DNA of 64,000 bases from an uncultured Verrucomicrobiae bacterium (GTDB lineage Bacteria > Verrucomicrobiota > Verrucomicrobiia > Limisphaerales > Palsa-1400): assembly GCA_963707025.1 (NCBI GenBank), contig CAVPOM010000017.1, positions 164,082 to 228,081 on the forward strand, read 5' to 3'. Positions 53,715 to 64,000 of the stretch are shown here, piece by piece. How positions within the stretch are numbered: position 1 is the first letter of the stretch; the number at the start of each line of letters is the position of its first letter. A program made the position numbers and the translations under genes. The notes below the pieces were generated by a model. It ran no database searches and was not told where the DNA came from. It was given only the letters and a program-made list of their open reading frames with translations.

Positions 53715-54086
53715 CTAAGGGGGTGAAACAAACTGACCCGTTTGGACGGGGGGCGCATCCAACCGTGGCGCAAGCCAGCGCAGGACGCGCCCCGTCAAGC
53801 CCGGCACACCCCCGCAACAAACGCCGGCGTGTCCGTGCGGCAAGCGCCCGATGTCGGGCCGCCCCCGCGCCTGCCAGAGGGCCTCGACCTCATTCTTCGG
53901 CACGAACGCATCATGGATTCCTTCGGTCAACAATATATTCTCCTTGGGGATGGCGCGCTGGCCCAAGGTCAAATTCAGCGCCGTCAGATTCAACATCTCG
54001 CGCACCACAAGCATCCTCTGCAACCTCGCCCGAAGACTGCGCCAAACGGCCCTTTGCTCCATCCAGGGATGCATGCGCACGGGCAA
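53715..54086 (-). pseudogene. C-terminal fragment of an alpha/beta hydrolase
   Basis: ILLTEGIHDAFVP...LWQA.GRP...LPHGH (Asp/His part); no N-terminal nucleophile region. Confidence 0.45.
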
Positions 54087-54215
54087 TTACCAGCAGGGGG
54101 CCGCGCGAAATGCCAAACTTTTTGGCGCGCAGCGCAGCCGCACGGCGAGTTTCTCGGCAGGTGCTGAATCAGAAACGGAGTGCGCTTTGGGCCAAGTTGT
54201 GGCAAGGATGGGGGT

Positions 54216-55367
54216 ATGATGAATCTGCCTCCCATCAACCGCCGCGACTTTGTGCGCCTGACTGCGCTTGCCACTGGCAGCCTGGCCGCCATTTCTTTGC
54301 CCGCCGCCGCCGCTGTGCCCGCGGTGCCTGGCCGCCGCCTGGAACGGCTGGCCGCCGGCGCCAATGTCTGCCGCTGGTTCCGCTCGCCCCGCAATGAATC
54401 CGCCGAACATTTCAGCGGCTACATCCCGGAGGCCGAGGCGGCGTTGATGGCCCGCCTGGGGCTCAAGCACGTCCGCCTGTGCGTCGCGCCCCGGGTCATC
54501 ATGAACCCGGGCACCGGCGACGTGCGGGAGGACCGCGCCAAATACTTGGAAGCGGCCATCGAGCGGTTTCACCGCGCCGGCCTGCTGGTCATGGTGGACA
54601 TTCATAACGAGGACCGCGCCGTAGAACTTGACCCTGCCTGGCCGGACGCCTTTGTCCGGTTCTGGGGATTGCTGGCCGGGCGGCTCTCCCGGTTCGACCC
54701 GGAACTCACCATGCTGGAAATCATCAACGAGCCGGTGTTCGACCGGCGCGAGGAGGAGTGGAATACCCTCAATGCCCGCCTGGCCGCCGTCATCCGGCAA
54801 AATGCGCCGCCGCACACCATCGTCTCTACCGGTGCCAACTGGGGCGGCATTGACGGGCTGACCAAGCTCAAGCTGCTCCCGGATAGCAACGTGATTTACT
54901 CCTTCCACTGCTACGATCCATTCCCCTTCACGCACCAGGGAGCCACGTGGACTGCCGACAGCGTCAAGCCTCTGCGCGGCGTGCCCTACCCCTCCAGTCC
55001 CGAGGCGGTGGCGCCGCTTCTGCCTGCCTTGGAGGCGTCGCCCGCGTCCAGGAGAATGGTGGAGAATTACGGTAACGAGCGCTGGAACAAGGAAAAGCTG
55101 GCCGCCCGCTTCCGTCAGGGCATCGAGTGGGGCGCCAAAAACCAGGTGACGCTCTATTGCGGCGAGTTCGGCGTTTATCCCCCATACTGCAAGCCGGAGC
55201 ACCGGGCCAACTGGTTCCGCGACTTCGGCGAGGTGCTCGCCGCCAGCCACATCGGCTGGGCCGTATGGGGCTGGGACGAGGGCTTCGGCCTCAACCGCAG
55301 AATGGTGAATGGCAAGACGGTGGTGGACGCGGTGGTCGCCCAGGCCCTGGGGTTGAAGGAGAACTGA
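54216..55367 (+). CDS. Tat-exported GH5 glycoside hydrolase
   Basis: RRDFV signal, HVRL, VDIH, EIINEP, FHCYDP..FTHQGA, YCGEFG. Confidence 0.9.
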   Translation: MMNLPPINRRDFVRLTALATGSLAAISLPAAAAVPAVPGRRLERLAAGANVCRWFRSPRNESAEHFSGYIPEAEAALMARLGLKHVRLCVAPRVIMNPGTGDVREDRAKYLEAAIERFHRAGLLVMVDIHNEDRAVELDPAWPDAFVRFWGLLAGRLSRFDPELTMLEIINEPVFDRREEEWNTLNARLAAVIRQNAPPHTIVSTGANWGGIDGLTKLKLLPDSNVIYSFHCYDPFPFTHQGATWTADSVKPLRGVPYPSSPEAVAPLLPALEASPASRRMVENYGNERWNKEKLAARFRQGIEWGAKNQVTLYCGEFGVYPPYCKPEHRANWFRDFGEVLAASHIGWAVWGWDEGFGLNRRMVNGKTVVDAVVAQALGLKEN

Positions 55368-55422
55368 TCGCTGAAAACATTCCTGGTCGCGGGAAAGGTC
55401 AAGACGCCCGCATGCTACCTAT

Positions 55423-57123
55423 ATGAACCAAAACAGTGTGTCTGCCGTCACGGACTGCAAATTCTTGAAACGCGGCCTTGTGGCCGTTGTCGTCGGCGTG
55501 GTGTTGCAACTGGCCGCCGCACCGTCCCCGGCCGCCGCCGCCCAAGGCGCCGGTCCGCTGGACAACCTGGACAAGCCGATGGAGGGCCGCTCCATGCGCG
55601 CCACCTCCACCATGCGGGAGGGCGAAGACCGGCGCATGGGCCATGAAAAGCTCTTCCCCAAGGCGCCGCCGCGCGGCGATTCCAACGAACTGAGCAACAT
55701 GGATAACTTCCGGGTCGCCCCCGGCCACACCCATGTGCTGCTGGATGAAGCGGGACCCGGAGTCATCAACCACATCTGGATGACTTTTCTCGGCCCGGAA
55801 AAGCAGGATTGGGCCAGAAACGGTTCGGCCACCCATCAGGAGATGCTCCTGCGCATCTATTGGGACGGCCGCGCACGGCCGGGCGTGGAGGCGCCGGTGG
55901 GGGATTTCTTCGCCAGTTGCTTCGGGCAGCGGCACGAGGTCATCAGCCTGCCGGTGGTTGTTTCGGATGGCTCGGCTTACAATTGCTTCTGGCCGATGCC
56001 TTTTCGGAAATCGGCGCGAATCGAGATCGTCAACCAAAGCCAGAAGCCGTTGAGTTTGCTCTACTACAACATTGATTGGGTGAAGAAAAAGAGCCTGCCC
56101 AAGGACACGCCCTACTTTTACGCGCAATACCGCCAGGAGTACCCGGTCGGGCACGGCCAGGATTATTTGATACTGGACACAAAGGGCAAGGGCCACTATG
56201 TCGGCACCGTCCTGGCCGTGCGCACGCGCAGTCCGGCCTGGTTCGGCGAGGGGGACGAGAAGATTTATATTGACGGGGAGAAGACGGCTTCGATCTGGGG
56301 CACGGGCACGGAGGATTACTTTCTGATGGCGTGGGGGCTGCGGCCTTGCAACACGCCTTACTATGGCTGCCCGTATTGCGATCAATGGGGCATTGTGGGC
56401 GGGCACGCCGAGGCCTATCGCTGGCATATCAACGATCCGATCCTCTTCAACACGGGCATCCGGGTGACGATGGAACATTGGGGCTGGATGTCACCGGATG
56501 AAAATCCGGAATATAAAAACACGAGCTGGAACGAGCGGGAGGACGACTATGCCAGCGTGGCGTTTTGGTACCAAACCGGCGAGCCGACCTTCGACTGCCG
56601 CGCGCCCGACGCCAGCCAGCGGCGGCTGCCCAGCCTGGAACGTCTTATCGTGGCGGCGACCAATTTCGCGGACGCCCGCTTCCATGGCGAGGGCCATGCC
56701 CGGCCGCAACAACTGGACTTTTACGAGGACCCGCAACTGCTTTACCAACCGGCCGCCGCCCGGGGAGCGTGGCTGGAAATGCGTTTTACAGTGACCAACA
56801 AAGAGCCGGTGCGTCTGCTGCTCAACCTGACCAAGGCGCCGGACTTTGGCCTCTATCAGGCCTCGCTCAACGGGGTGAAGCTGGGTGATCCCCTGGATTT
56901 TTACAGCGCCAGGATTGTCAACGAGGAATCCCATTTGCTGGACTTCTGGCCCGATCCGGGCACATACACCTTGCGTCTGGAATGCACCGGCAAGAACGGA
57001 GTTTCCAGCGGCTATTTCTGCGGCATCGAGTCCCTCCGTTTGCGCGGACGCCGTCCGCGGGTCACCGAAATGGCCCACGACAAAGACAAGGATTGGCGAA
57101 AGGATCCAAAGCTCTACGACTGA
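55423..57123 (+). CDS. secreted DUF2961 (GH172-like) protein
   Basis: GPGVINHIWMT, YWDG..P.VEAPVGDFF, WFGEGDEKIYIDG, GTGTEDYF. Confidence 0.85.
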   Translation: MNQNSVSAVTDCKFLKRGLVAVVVGVVLQLAAAPSPAAAAQGAGPLDNLDKPMEGRSMRATSTMREGEDRRMGHEKLFPKAPPRGDSNELSNMDNFRVAPGHTHVLLDEAGPGVINHIWMTFLGPEKQDWARNGSATHQEMLLRIYWDGRARPGVEAPVGDFFASCFGQRHEVISLPVVVSDGSAYNCFWPMPFRKSARIEIVNQSQKPLSLLYYNIDWVKKKSLPKDTPYFYAQYRQEYPVGHGQDYLILDTKGKGHYVGTVLAVRTRSPAWFGEGDEKIYIDGEKTASIWGTGTEDYFLMAWGLRPCNTPYYGCPYCDQWGIVGGHAEAYRWHINDPILFNTGIRVTMEHWGWMSPDENPEYKNTSWNEREDDYASVAFWYQTGEPTFDCRAPDASQRRLPSLERLIVAATNFADARFHGEGHARPQQLDFYEDPQLLYQPAAARGAWLEMRFTVTNKEPVRLLLNLTKAPDFGLYQASLNGVKLGDPLDFYSARIVNEESHLLDFWPDPGTYTLRLECTGKNGVSSGYFCGIESLRLRGRRPRVTEMAHDKDKDWRKDPKLYD

Positions 57124-57566
57124 AGTTGCGTCCGCGGTTCCAATGTTAGTGCGCCCGCAATCCGTTATCTTTTGAAATCAAATCATGAGAAAGCCACTTC
57201 ATGAGGCGGGGCCAAGCCGGTCAAATCCCTGGACGGCTGGGAGGGGGCGAACCAGCTCAAATGGTTGGCGACGGCGGCGGTCTCTGGGGCGGCTGAGTGT
57301 CCAAGGATTCGGAGGCTGATTCGTTTCGGATGAGTTTTGCTTCGTCGTAAACGGTGCTTCGGCAGAAAAAGGATTGCAATTGAAAGCGAAAAGAGCATAT
57401 TAAGACAAGCCACCATGGCCGCAGGCTTTCAGCGGACTTTCCCGGTCTGCGAGGCATTTCGCGAGTCGTCGTGGACTTATGAAGGCGCGGGTGCGATGCC
57501 CGCGCCGAATTGTTTGCCAGAACAATTATGATTGCCTCTTCCGAGGCAAACGGGCAGATAAAGGGC

Positions 57567-57848
57567 ATGGCTAAAACACCTAAAAAGGCAAAACGAACAC
57601 CCAGCGCAGCGTTCATGAAACCGGTCACGCCAGACGAGAAGCTGGCCCTGGTCGTGGGTGAGAAACCCCTACCCCGGACCGAGTTGACGAAAAAGCTCTG
57701 GGCCTACATCAAAAAGAACGGGTTGCAGGATAAAAAGGTGCGGACCCAAATCAACGCCGACGAGAACTTGAAGGCTGTGTTCAACGGCAAAAAGCAGGTC
57801 AGCATGTTTGAGATGACCAAGCTGGTCTCCGGGCACTTGAAGAAATAG
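57567..57848 (+). CDS. stand-alone SWIB/MDM2 domain protein
   Basis: AFMKPV.P...LA.VVG..PLPRTE.TKKLWAYIKKNGLQD...INAD..L..VF...VSMFEM. Confidence 0.92.
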   Translation: MAKTPKKAKRTPSAAFMKPVTPDEKLALVVGEKPLPRTELTKKLWAYIKKNGLQDKKVRTQINADENLKAVFNGKKQVSMFEMTKLVSGHLKK

Positions 57849-57979
57849 GGGCTGGGGTAAGAGCCTGCCGGCTCCGTCGGTCTGCCAGGCGGCCGCCCCG
57901 GGCCGATCTTTTTCCGCAACGTCAAGATTTGGCCCAGCCCGGCCAAATAAAACGGCGTGATCCGAGGCCATTTTGTTTT

Positions 57980-58699
57980 ATGCGCGCGTCGTTTCGCTCA
58001 ACAGAGTTCGATCCCACAGCACCCCCGTCTCGTCAAACGCCGGTGATCCGCTGTCTGCCCCTGGCGGCCTTTGACGACCGCGACTTGGTGGCGGTGCGCG
58101 CGGCCTTTGCGGCGGCGGCGCCCTGCCCGCTGGGCCAGGCGTGGCGCGCGGCGGTGGAACCCGGCTTTGCGCCGGGGCATGTCCGCACCGGCTGGCGGGA
58201 GGATTCGTTGCGGCTGTTCGCTGAATTAACCGACCACGACATTTTCAGCGACGCCACTGCGCTGAACCAGCGGATGTGGGAGCTGGGCGACACGCTGGAA
58301 ATTTTCCTGCGGCCAGCCGGCCAGGCGGAGTATGTCGAGTTTCACGTCACGCCGAACAACCAGCGGTTGCAATTGCGGTTCCCGAACACGGAGGCGTTGC
58401 GGCGCGCCCAGACGGCCAATGTGTTCGATGAGTTTCTCCTGCGGGGGGACGTTTTTCATTCCGTGACGTGGGTGCAGCCGGCGAACCGGCAGTGGTTCGT
58501 CTATGCCGCCATTCCGGCCGGCGCGGTCTGCGGCCAGGCCAGGCTAACCGCAGGGAGCCGGTGGTGTTTTTCTTTTAGCCGCTACGACTGCACGCGTGGC
58601 GGTGGCGGCCCGGTGATTTCCTCCAGCTCCCCTCATTCCGTGGCGGATTTCCATCGCCAGCAGGAATGGGGCCTGCTGCATTTCACGGATTCCGTATAA
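57980..58699 (+). CDS. CBM9/DOMON-like carbohydrate-binding protein
   Basis: WELGDTLEIFL...YVEFHVTPNN...FSFSRYD...DFH pattern. Confidence 0.6.
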   Translation: MRASFRSTEFDPTAPPSRQTPVIRCLPLAAFDDRDLVAVRAAFAAAAPCPLGQAWRAAVEPGFAPGHVRTGWREDSLRLFAELTDHDIFSDATALNQRMWELGDTLEIFLRPAGQAEYVEFHVTPNNQRLQLRFPNTEALRRAQTANVFDEFLLRGDVFHSVTWVQPANRQWFVYAAIPAGAVCGQARLTAGSRWCFSFSRYDCTRGGGGPVISSSSPHSVADFHRQQEWGLLHFTDSV

Positions 58700-58769
58700 T
58701 CCGGAAACCACAAGCCAACAAGGCCGGCGCCAACTGCGCTCCTTCCGGCCGGCGCAAGGCGGCGGTTTT

Positions 58770-59320
58770 TCATTGGGGAAGCAGTTCTTGCAACATTTGT
58801 TTGTCCAGTTGGCCGTTTTCCAGCTTCACGGCCTCCAGAAATTCCTGCATCGCCTCCCGCGTCTCCGCGGTGGCCGGTTTCTGGCGCAGGATCGGGTGGT
58901 TAATCCAAGCCATCACCTTTTGCCAGCCGGCGGGAACTTTCACTGTAACCAGGCCGGGATGAGACGTTGGCGCCCTTTTCCAGGACCAAAAAGCCCAGCC
59001 GCAGATTTCAGGGTGTTCGTCGAACATTTTAACCGTGGTGCCGATCATCTGGTAATTGTTCTCGCCGAACTCGCCCACCCAAAGGGGCACATTTTGCTTC
59101 CGGGCGAGTCGCTGGTAATCGGTCAACCGTTGGCTGCGGTCGTCTCTGAACCAGGTGTAAATGTGAAAACTGTAGGCCAAGTTCGCATCAGGGGGTTTAC
59201 CGAACATCGAGAAATCGGTGGCCAGACTGCCCCCTTCGATGAATAACAAGTGCTGCTTGTCTTCGGCCCTGATCGTCTGGACCAGTTGCCGGGTCAAATC
59301 CGGCAACTGGCTCCATTTCC
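58770..59320 (-). pseudogene. 3' half of a GH5-like hydrolase truncated at the integrated element
   Basis: IRAEDKQHLLFIEG, YSFHIY, PLWVGEFGEN, GWAFWSWK present; similarity stops just before the expected NEP motif. Confidence 0.7.
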
Positions 59321-59479
59321 AATGTGTTGTAACACAATGGGTTGGAGAGGAGAGAGCGGCGGTGGACACCATTTTGGACACCAACTTGGCTATGATGTCA
59401 GAATCATGCCAGAATGCTGTCAGGGTTACGCCAGTACGCGCTAACGCGAACGCTCGCACTTCATTTACGATCATACGTT

Positions 59480-60502
59480 ATGAAGCGCTATCGTCTAATC
59501 TATCGGGGAATCCGGGATGCCTATTACTGTTTCGACACCCTGACCAAAAAGCGGGAGAGCCTGGGAATCAATGACGCCGGCGAAGCCCAGCGCCTCGTTG
59601 AGGCCCGGAACGAAGCCGTCCGCCATGTCGAAATGAACCTGCAAATCGCCCAGGTCTATTTGCAGCACAGCGACCCAACCCTGGCAACCCGCACTTGGCA
59701 AAACGTCATGGACGCAATGGGTCCGCTCAAAACCGGCCCGACACAGGCCCGCTGGACATCGGCCATGCGAGACAAGGCATTTGATCTCATCCGCAACCGG
59801 AAACTCATCGAAACAGCCTCAGAGCATTTCATGCAGGTCCTGACGACAGGCACGATCTCCACCAACATGTTTTTGCGCCGGCTGCACAACTACGCGAGCG
59901 GGATGCACTGGCTTCCCTGGCCGGTGCTGCCGAAACGCCTCTGGCCTACCGTGAAGCACAAGGAACGCCGGGCGATTACATTTGAGGAACACCTGAAAAT
60001 CATTGACCGCGAACACAACCCGGAAATCCGGGCGTATTATCAATTTTTGTGGCACTTGGGCGGCTCGCAAACGGACATCGCGGAGTTGACCGCCGGGGAC
60101 ATTGACTGGAAAGACCATACCATTTCCTACCAACGCCGCAAAACCAGCGTGCCGGTGATTATCACCTTTGGCGCGGAGGCTGCGAGCTTGTTGGAGTCGC
60201 TTCCGAAGTTTGGCCCCTTGTTCCCACGCATGGCACGAATCAAAGAAAACCATCGCGCCAAGATGTTCATTAAGCGGCTCAAGACGGTAGGGATTACCGG
60301 CATTTCCATGCACAGCTACCGTTACGCATGGGCAGAGCGGGCCAAGACCGTGGGAATGCCCGAACGGTTCGCGCAGCAGGCGCTTGGGCACAGTTCCAAA
60401 GCGTTTGCGCGGGCGTATTCCAAAAAGGCCAAAGTCATCGTTCCCTCATTGGAAGACTACGAAAGGAAAATCGTGCCGATGCAGCTGGCGGTGAATCAAT
60501 AA
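59480..60502 (+). CDS. tyrosine recombinase/integrase
   Basis: HSYR (HxxR) and LGH...AY motifs; box I reads LWHLGGSQTDIAEL. Confidence 0.85.
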   Translation: MKRYRLIYRGIRDAYYCFDTLTKKRESLGINDAGEAQRLVEARNEAVRHVEMNLQIAQVYLQHSDPTLATRTWQNVMDAMGPLKTGPTQARWTSAMRDKAFDLIRNRKLIETASEHFMQVLTTGTISTNMFLRRLHNYASGMHWLPWPVLPKRLWPTVKHKERRAITFEEHLKIIDREHNPEIRAYYQFLWHLGGSQTDIAELTAGDIDWKDHTISYQRRKTSVPVIITFGAEAASLLESLPKFGPLFPRMARIKENHRAKMFIKRLKTVGITGISMHSYRYAWAERAKTVGMPERFAQQALGHSSKAFARAYSKKAKVIVPSLEDYERKIVPMQLAVNQ

Positions 60503-60534
60503 TCGGTCCCTGCCAAGGGCAATTCTTGGCAGGA

Positions 60535-60876
60535 CTACACCGCCTCGGACAGAGCGAGGAGCGGGGAGTGCCCATGTTCCGAAGTGTTCCGGGAGTGGCT
60601 TTTCTGGCGCACGTTTCTTTTGTGCCAGTGCTGGCTGATGGTGTTCGTCATCTTTGCCAGCCATGCCCGGTCTTTGGTCAATTCCGCAACCTCTGCCGTG
60701 GAAAAGAACTTGACGGCGTTTTGTGGCGGGTTTCCGAGGGGTTTCAGCAGACGAGTTGAAGTCAGGATCGGCATGTCATGGAACTGGCAACCGAGCACCC
60801 AGGCCGCTTGTTCGACAGTCAGCCGGGCCGGGAGCTGCCCAACCAACGACAGAAATTGATGTTGCTCGTCTTTCAT
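60535..60876 (-). CDS. small HTH/excisionase-like protein
   Basis: LPARLTVEQAAWVLGC...LLKPLG; convergent with the integrase. Confidence 0.55.
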   Translation of the reverse strand: MKDEQHQFLSLVGQLPARLTVEQAAWVLGCQFHDMPILTSTRLLKPLGNPPQNAVKFFSTAEVAELTKDRAWLAKMTNTISQHWHKRNVRQKSHSRNTSEHGHSPLLALSEAV

Positions 60877-61026
60877 TTGAGTTTGTAATCCTTGATTGCC
60901 GGATGCCGGTTTTAATACTGCCGGGGGGAACCGCCCACAATCACGCCACGGAACGGAGAGCGGCTGGTGGCGTTGCCATTGCGCCAGGCTTCGTGAACGC
61001 CGGATAAGGCGCCGCGCTCGTTTCCC

Positions 61027-61561
61027 GTGCCATATCCCATGAAATTGGTGACGGCCAGAGACCATCTGTTTGCTCGTTGGGAAAGCGCCGACGGCAAGGA
61101 ACGGTTTAACATCGAAGCCACAGGGCAAGGGCTGACGACACCAGAGGACAATTACTACAAGAAGTGGCCGTTCCCGATCACTGAGCAAGACATCAAGGAG
61201 AATTCGTACTTCAAATCGCTCACGGCAGCCGAAGATTTATCGCTTTTTCTCGAAACACGCGGACATTGTTAAGAGCGCCGCTCGTCTTCGCGAAGCCCGG
61301 GAAGCATATCACGAAGCACAGACATTGACTCCGCAATGGCCTGAACACCAATTTTTTTTGGCACTACTCCAACCCAGGGTTATCCCATCCTACGCGATGC
61401 CCTCCGTCCATCCCGCGCAATCCCCGCAAGACCCGGTGGCATTTGTTAACACCATGAATAAGTACAACCGGGGCATGATGGAAACCCGACAGCATGCCGG
61501 ACAGCCACCCCCAACAGATACATCGAAGCTCACTCCCAATGTCACCATTCAACCCCCATAA
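61027..61561 (+). pseudogene. fragment of a transglutaminase-like/TPR protein
   Basis: LVTARDHLFARW...FNIEAT...; no 5' part and a frameshift near 61270. Confidence 0.45.
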
Positions 61562-61564
61562 AAT

Positions 61565-61760
61565 ATGAACTTGAAAAATAAAATTCTTCCTTTTGTGCTC
61601 CTTTCTATTGGTTTGTTGACATCAAACCAAGCAATCGCCTTTTACAATCCGCAAACTGGTCGTTGGTTATCAGGGACCCAAAGCGAGAGGATGCCGGACT
61701 CAATCTGTATAACATTTGCAGGAATGATCTCATAAACATCTACGATGTCAAAGGACTTTC
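61565..61760 (+). pseudogene. signal peptide + RHS-core C-terminal motif (orphan polymorphic toxin), frameshifted
   Basis: MNLKNKILPFVLL...AFYNPQTGRWLS|RDP.REDAGLNLYNICRNDLINIYDVKGL. Confidence 0.65.
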
Positions 61761-62221
61761 GTACGAAAATGCGGGTTTAGTGGGCCGCCTATTAGTGCTA
61801 CTGCCTGAAAAAGGCCAAGGTTGAGCCGGACAGTGATTATGAAAAGACCAGCGACGGTGGCGGTACGAGCTCAGGTCTGCTTGTAGTTACTCGAGGTCAG
61901 TGACGAGACCGTTTAAGTGCGACTGTCCTAAACTAAAGTGTGCATCAACATTCACAACCAACACTGTCCCTGAGTATATATAAAGACGGAGGACTCAGAA
62001 ACCGGCGCCTATCTGTGGCTCGCTGGCCCCCCAGGGCCGTGGCCGCCTATACCAACTACTCTAGGAGAAACTCTTCTTGAGGTGATATTGGACATGTCAT
62101 TTGCCCCAATCCAATAAACTTGGATGAGGCAGCTAAGATGAATGCCTTAATCAAAAAGTATCTTCCGAGTCCCACAGATATCGGAACAACATTGCTCAAA
62201 GACATGCCCACGCGGTGGTGT

Positions 62222-62623
62222 TGGCCTGTCGTGCTCGGCGGCAGTGTCCACAATGACAAAACCGGGCAAAAGATTCTCGAGATTCAACCGCATATGGGTT
62301 TTGGCGGCGGCCTTGCGCGGGCGGTGGTTGGCCCAGTCCAGGCAGTTGGCCACCAGTCCCATGGTCGTGCTATCAATCACATGGATGCGTTGCGCGTCCA
62401 GCAAACTGACCGTGTGACTCCACGGACTGAAGGTGCGCGACTTATCACCCCGGTCTCCCGCGCTATTTTGGAGACTCATGCGCAGGAATGAGATTGCAAA
62501 TCTGGCGCAAAACGTTAAACCGGGACCGTGTCGGTTTGATTTTTTTGTTTTTCATGCCTGCCTTGTGGCAGGTTCAAATGGTCAAGCCAACACTTTTTTC
62601 CAATTTCCTGTGGGATGGCTGTG
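62222..62623 (-). mobile_element. IS4-family transposase remnant with internal deletion
   Basis: VLRQICNLIP...RTFSPWSH.VSLL joined directly to IDSTT..LVANCLDWA.HR.RKAAAK.H; probable end CACAGCCATCCCACAG. Confidence 0.6.
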
Positions 62624-63000
62624 AAAATCAATGGCTTGCAAGTTATCCCCGCTCTGCGGGTTGTTTCTTTGTTTCCTCTTGCGTCATCTTCTTTCTGTTC
62701 AATTCCTAGCAAATTTAGCAAATCTTTTAGCACATCTTTAACGCCCCGCCCGGCTTGCCAAACATCAGCATGAGGGCAAGGCCAAGGACGCAAAGGAATT
62801 TTGGCAAATCATGCTCACAACCGCCAACGGCAAAATTCTCAAGATGCGCGCCGCTTAAGTCTCTTGCACCCGTAATCGCCTCTGCTAACATGACCTTTCG
62901 ATTAAACTGATTTGACTTCAATTTTGCACGCTGACGTTCCCTGAGCACAAATCTAATGTTCAACAGTTTCATCATTGAGTCCAACTTAAACTCCTCAAGG

Positions 63001-63525
63001 TCATAAGTTTCGCCGCGCCAGGGTCCACGCGGAGAGCAACGCATTGGCGTCACTTGCGCTCGCTCCGAACTCACGGCCCAATTCGTTGAATCTCCCGGGT
63101 GATTTCCACCTGAATAAATTGACCTTTCCAGATTTTTGAGCCGCCAGAGCTGTAGCGCCGATTCTTGCAACCAGGGTTGCGATCAACACCTGAAGTTCGA
63201 CAATAAACCCTTCAGGGCCACTTTTGTCCATCGCCCTGCCGCAGTTCACTGCTTGTGCCCATTCAAAGTCGTCCTTCGTGTATGGCGTCTTGTATTGTGA
63301 GATCGGTGGCATTGAAACGTCATTGCGGAGAAGCCAGTCCAGGTCAACGTGTGTTTCGTGTGAAATTTTGTCGGCGAGTTCCGGCGTAAGTCGGTAGTTC
63401 GGGTCCAGCTCTATCATCTGAATCGTTCGTCCTGACTTGTTGACCATCTTCCCAAACTTAGCTTGTGTTAAGCCTATTATCTTACGCAAGATCGCGAGCG
63501 TGTGTCTCTCTGGTGATCGTCTCAT
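63001..63525 (-). CDS. XRE-family HTH repressor-like protein
   Basis: LAILRKIIGLTQAKFGKMV..SGRTIQMIE...VDLDWLL. Confidence 0.7.
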   Translation of the reverse strand: MRRSPERHTLAILRKIIGLTQAKFGKMVNKSGRTIQMIELDPNYRLTPELADKISHETHVDLDWLLRNDVSMPPISQYKTPYTKDDFEWAQAVNCGRAMDKSGPEGFIVELQVLIATLVARIGATALAAQKSGKVNLFRWKSPGRFNELGREFGASASDANALLSAWTLARRNL

Positions 63526-63620
63526 ATTAAAATTCAAGTGTCTTCCATATTCTAAAGCCCACATCTATAGGCATTAAAAGCATTAAAAGTGAAAAAAATG
63601 GATTGCAGGGGAGTTTAGGA

Positions 63621-63835
63621 ATGTCTATAGGTATTACCTATACACAATAAAATTGATATTTCCAAGCTGGTTGATGGCAATGGCCTTCTGGAAGCTCTTT
63701 TTACAAATCTTGCCGGCCCACGGTGCGGTGGCTGCGAGAGCAACAAAGGCTGGCCGAATTCCACATACCCGATGCGGCAGGGTGGTCTTTTTTGATCCAG
63801 AGAAGGTTGGTACGGCGCTGTTTCCGAAGGACTAG
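63621..63835 (+). pseudogene. excisionase/Cro-like DNA-binding protein remnant
   Basis: KLVDGNGLLEALF | RPTVRWLREQQ | IPHTRCGRVVFFDPEKV spread over several frames; divergent from the repressor; palindrome TATAGGTA-T-TACCTATA at 63626-63642. Confidence 0.5.
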
Positions 63836-64000
63836 CCAGTGGGCAGGACATCTCGAATTAACGGCGAATGAAAACACGAATGCCAGTTTGTGCCACGCCA
63901 CTAGGAGACGGGTACATGAAATACCTCGCCCCCGTTGCAAACGGGGACGAGGCCGAAAAACACCACCCACCCACCACAGCGGAGGACTTCGATGACTAAT

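Larger units (their letters stand above)
59325..64000. mobile_element. decayed integrative element (integrase, excisionase-like, repressor, cargo remnants); continues past the window
   Basis: Lower GC, integrase at the border, many pseudogenes, truncated host gene at the left junction. Confidence 0.7.

Noticed and set aside
57180..57500. Possible tmRNA or other ncRNA (GGGGGCGAA...)
   Set aside because: No tRNA-like ends or tag reading frame could be identified.

Overview
GC-rich bacterial chromosome segment. A stand-alone SWIB protein, a giant secreted protein with a C-terminal 'FYRV' domain and the REP/hexamer repeat styles suggest Verrucomicrobiota (inference). Ordinary content: PUR-domain protein, rsfS, nadD, GTP-type PEPCK, two REC-MBL hydrolases, two Hsp20 genes, thrS, ExeA/GspB, yjbQ, ygfZ, glmS, kdpABC/kdpE, HtrA, GH5/DUF2961 genes and a decayed integrase element at the right end. 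Several genes carry single-base frameshifts that look like long-read errors. The main discovery is a hidden selenoprotein island at about 8.9-19.9 kb around a tRNA-Sec (UCA) gene. Three paralogous exported proteins each appear to stop at '...FG-TGA' but read through as FG-U-(G/D)G(T/V)C-xxSWR. A fourth, unrelated membrane protein ends C-P-T-U-M-K-stop and lies upstream of a membrane 4Fe-4S protein. All four UGAs are followed by a hairpin whose RUGGC loop starts exactly 21 nt downstream, a shared SECIS candidate. Two copies of a ~135-bp MITE-like element bracket the island. Other oddities: a ribonucleotide-reductase alpha homolog lacking its radical-chemistry residues, a Ser/Thr kinase apparently co-regulated with kdpABC, a low-GC insert in ThrRS, and a tyrosine recombinase lacking the first catalytic Arg.
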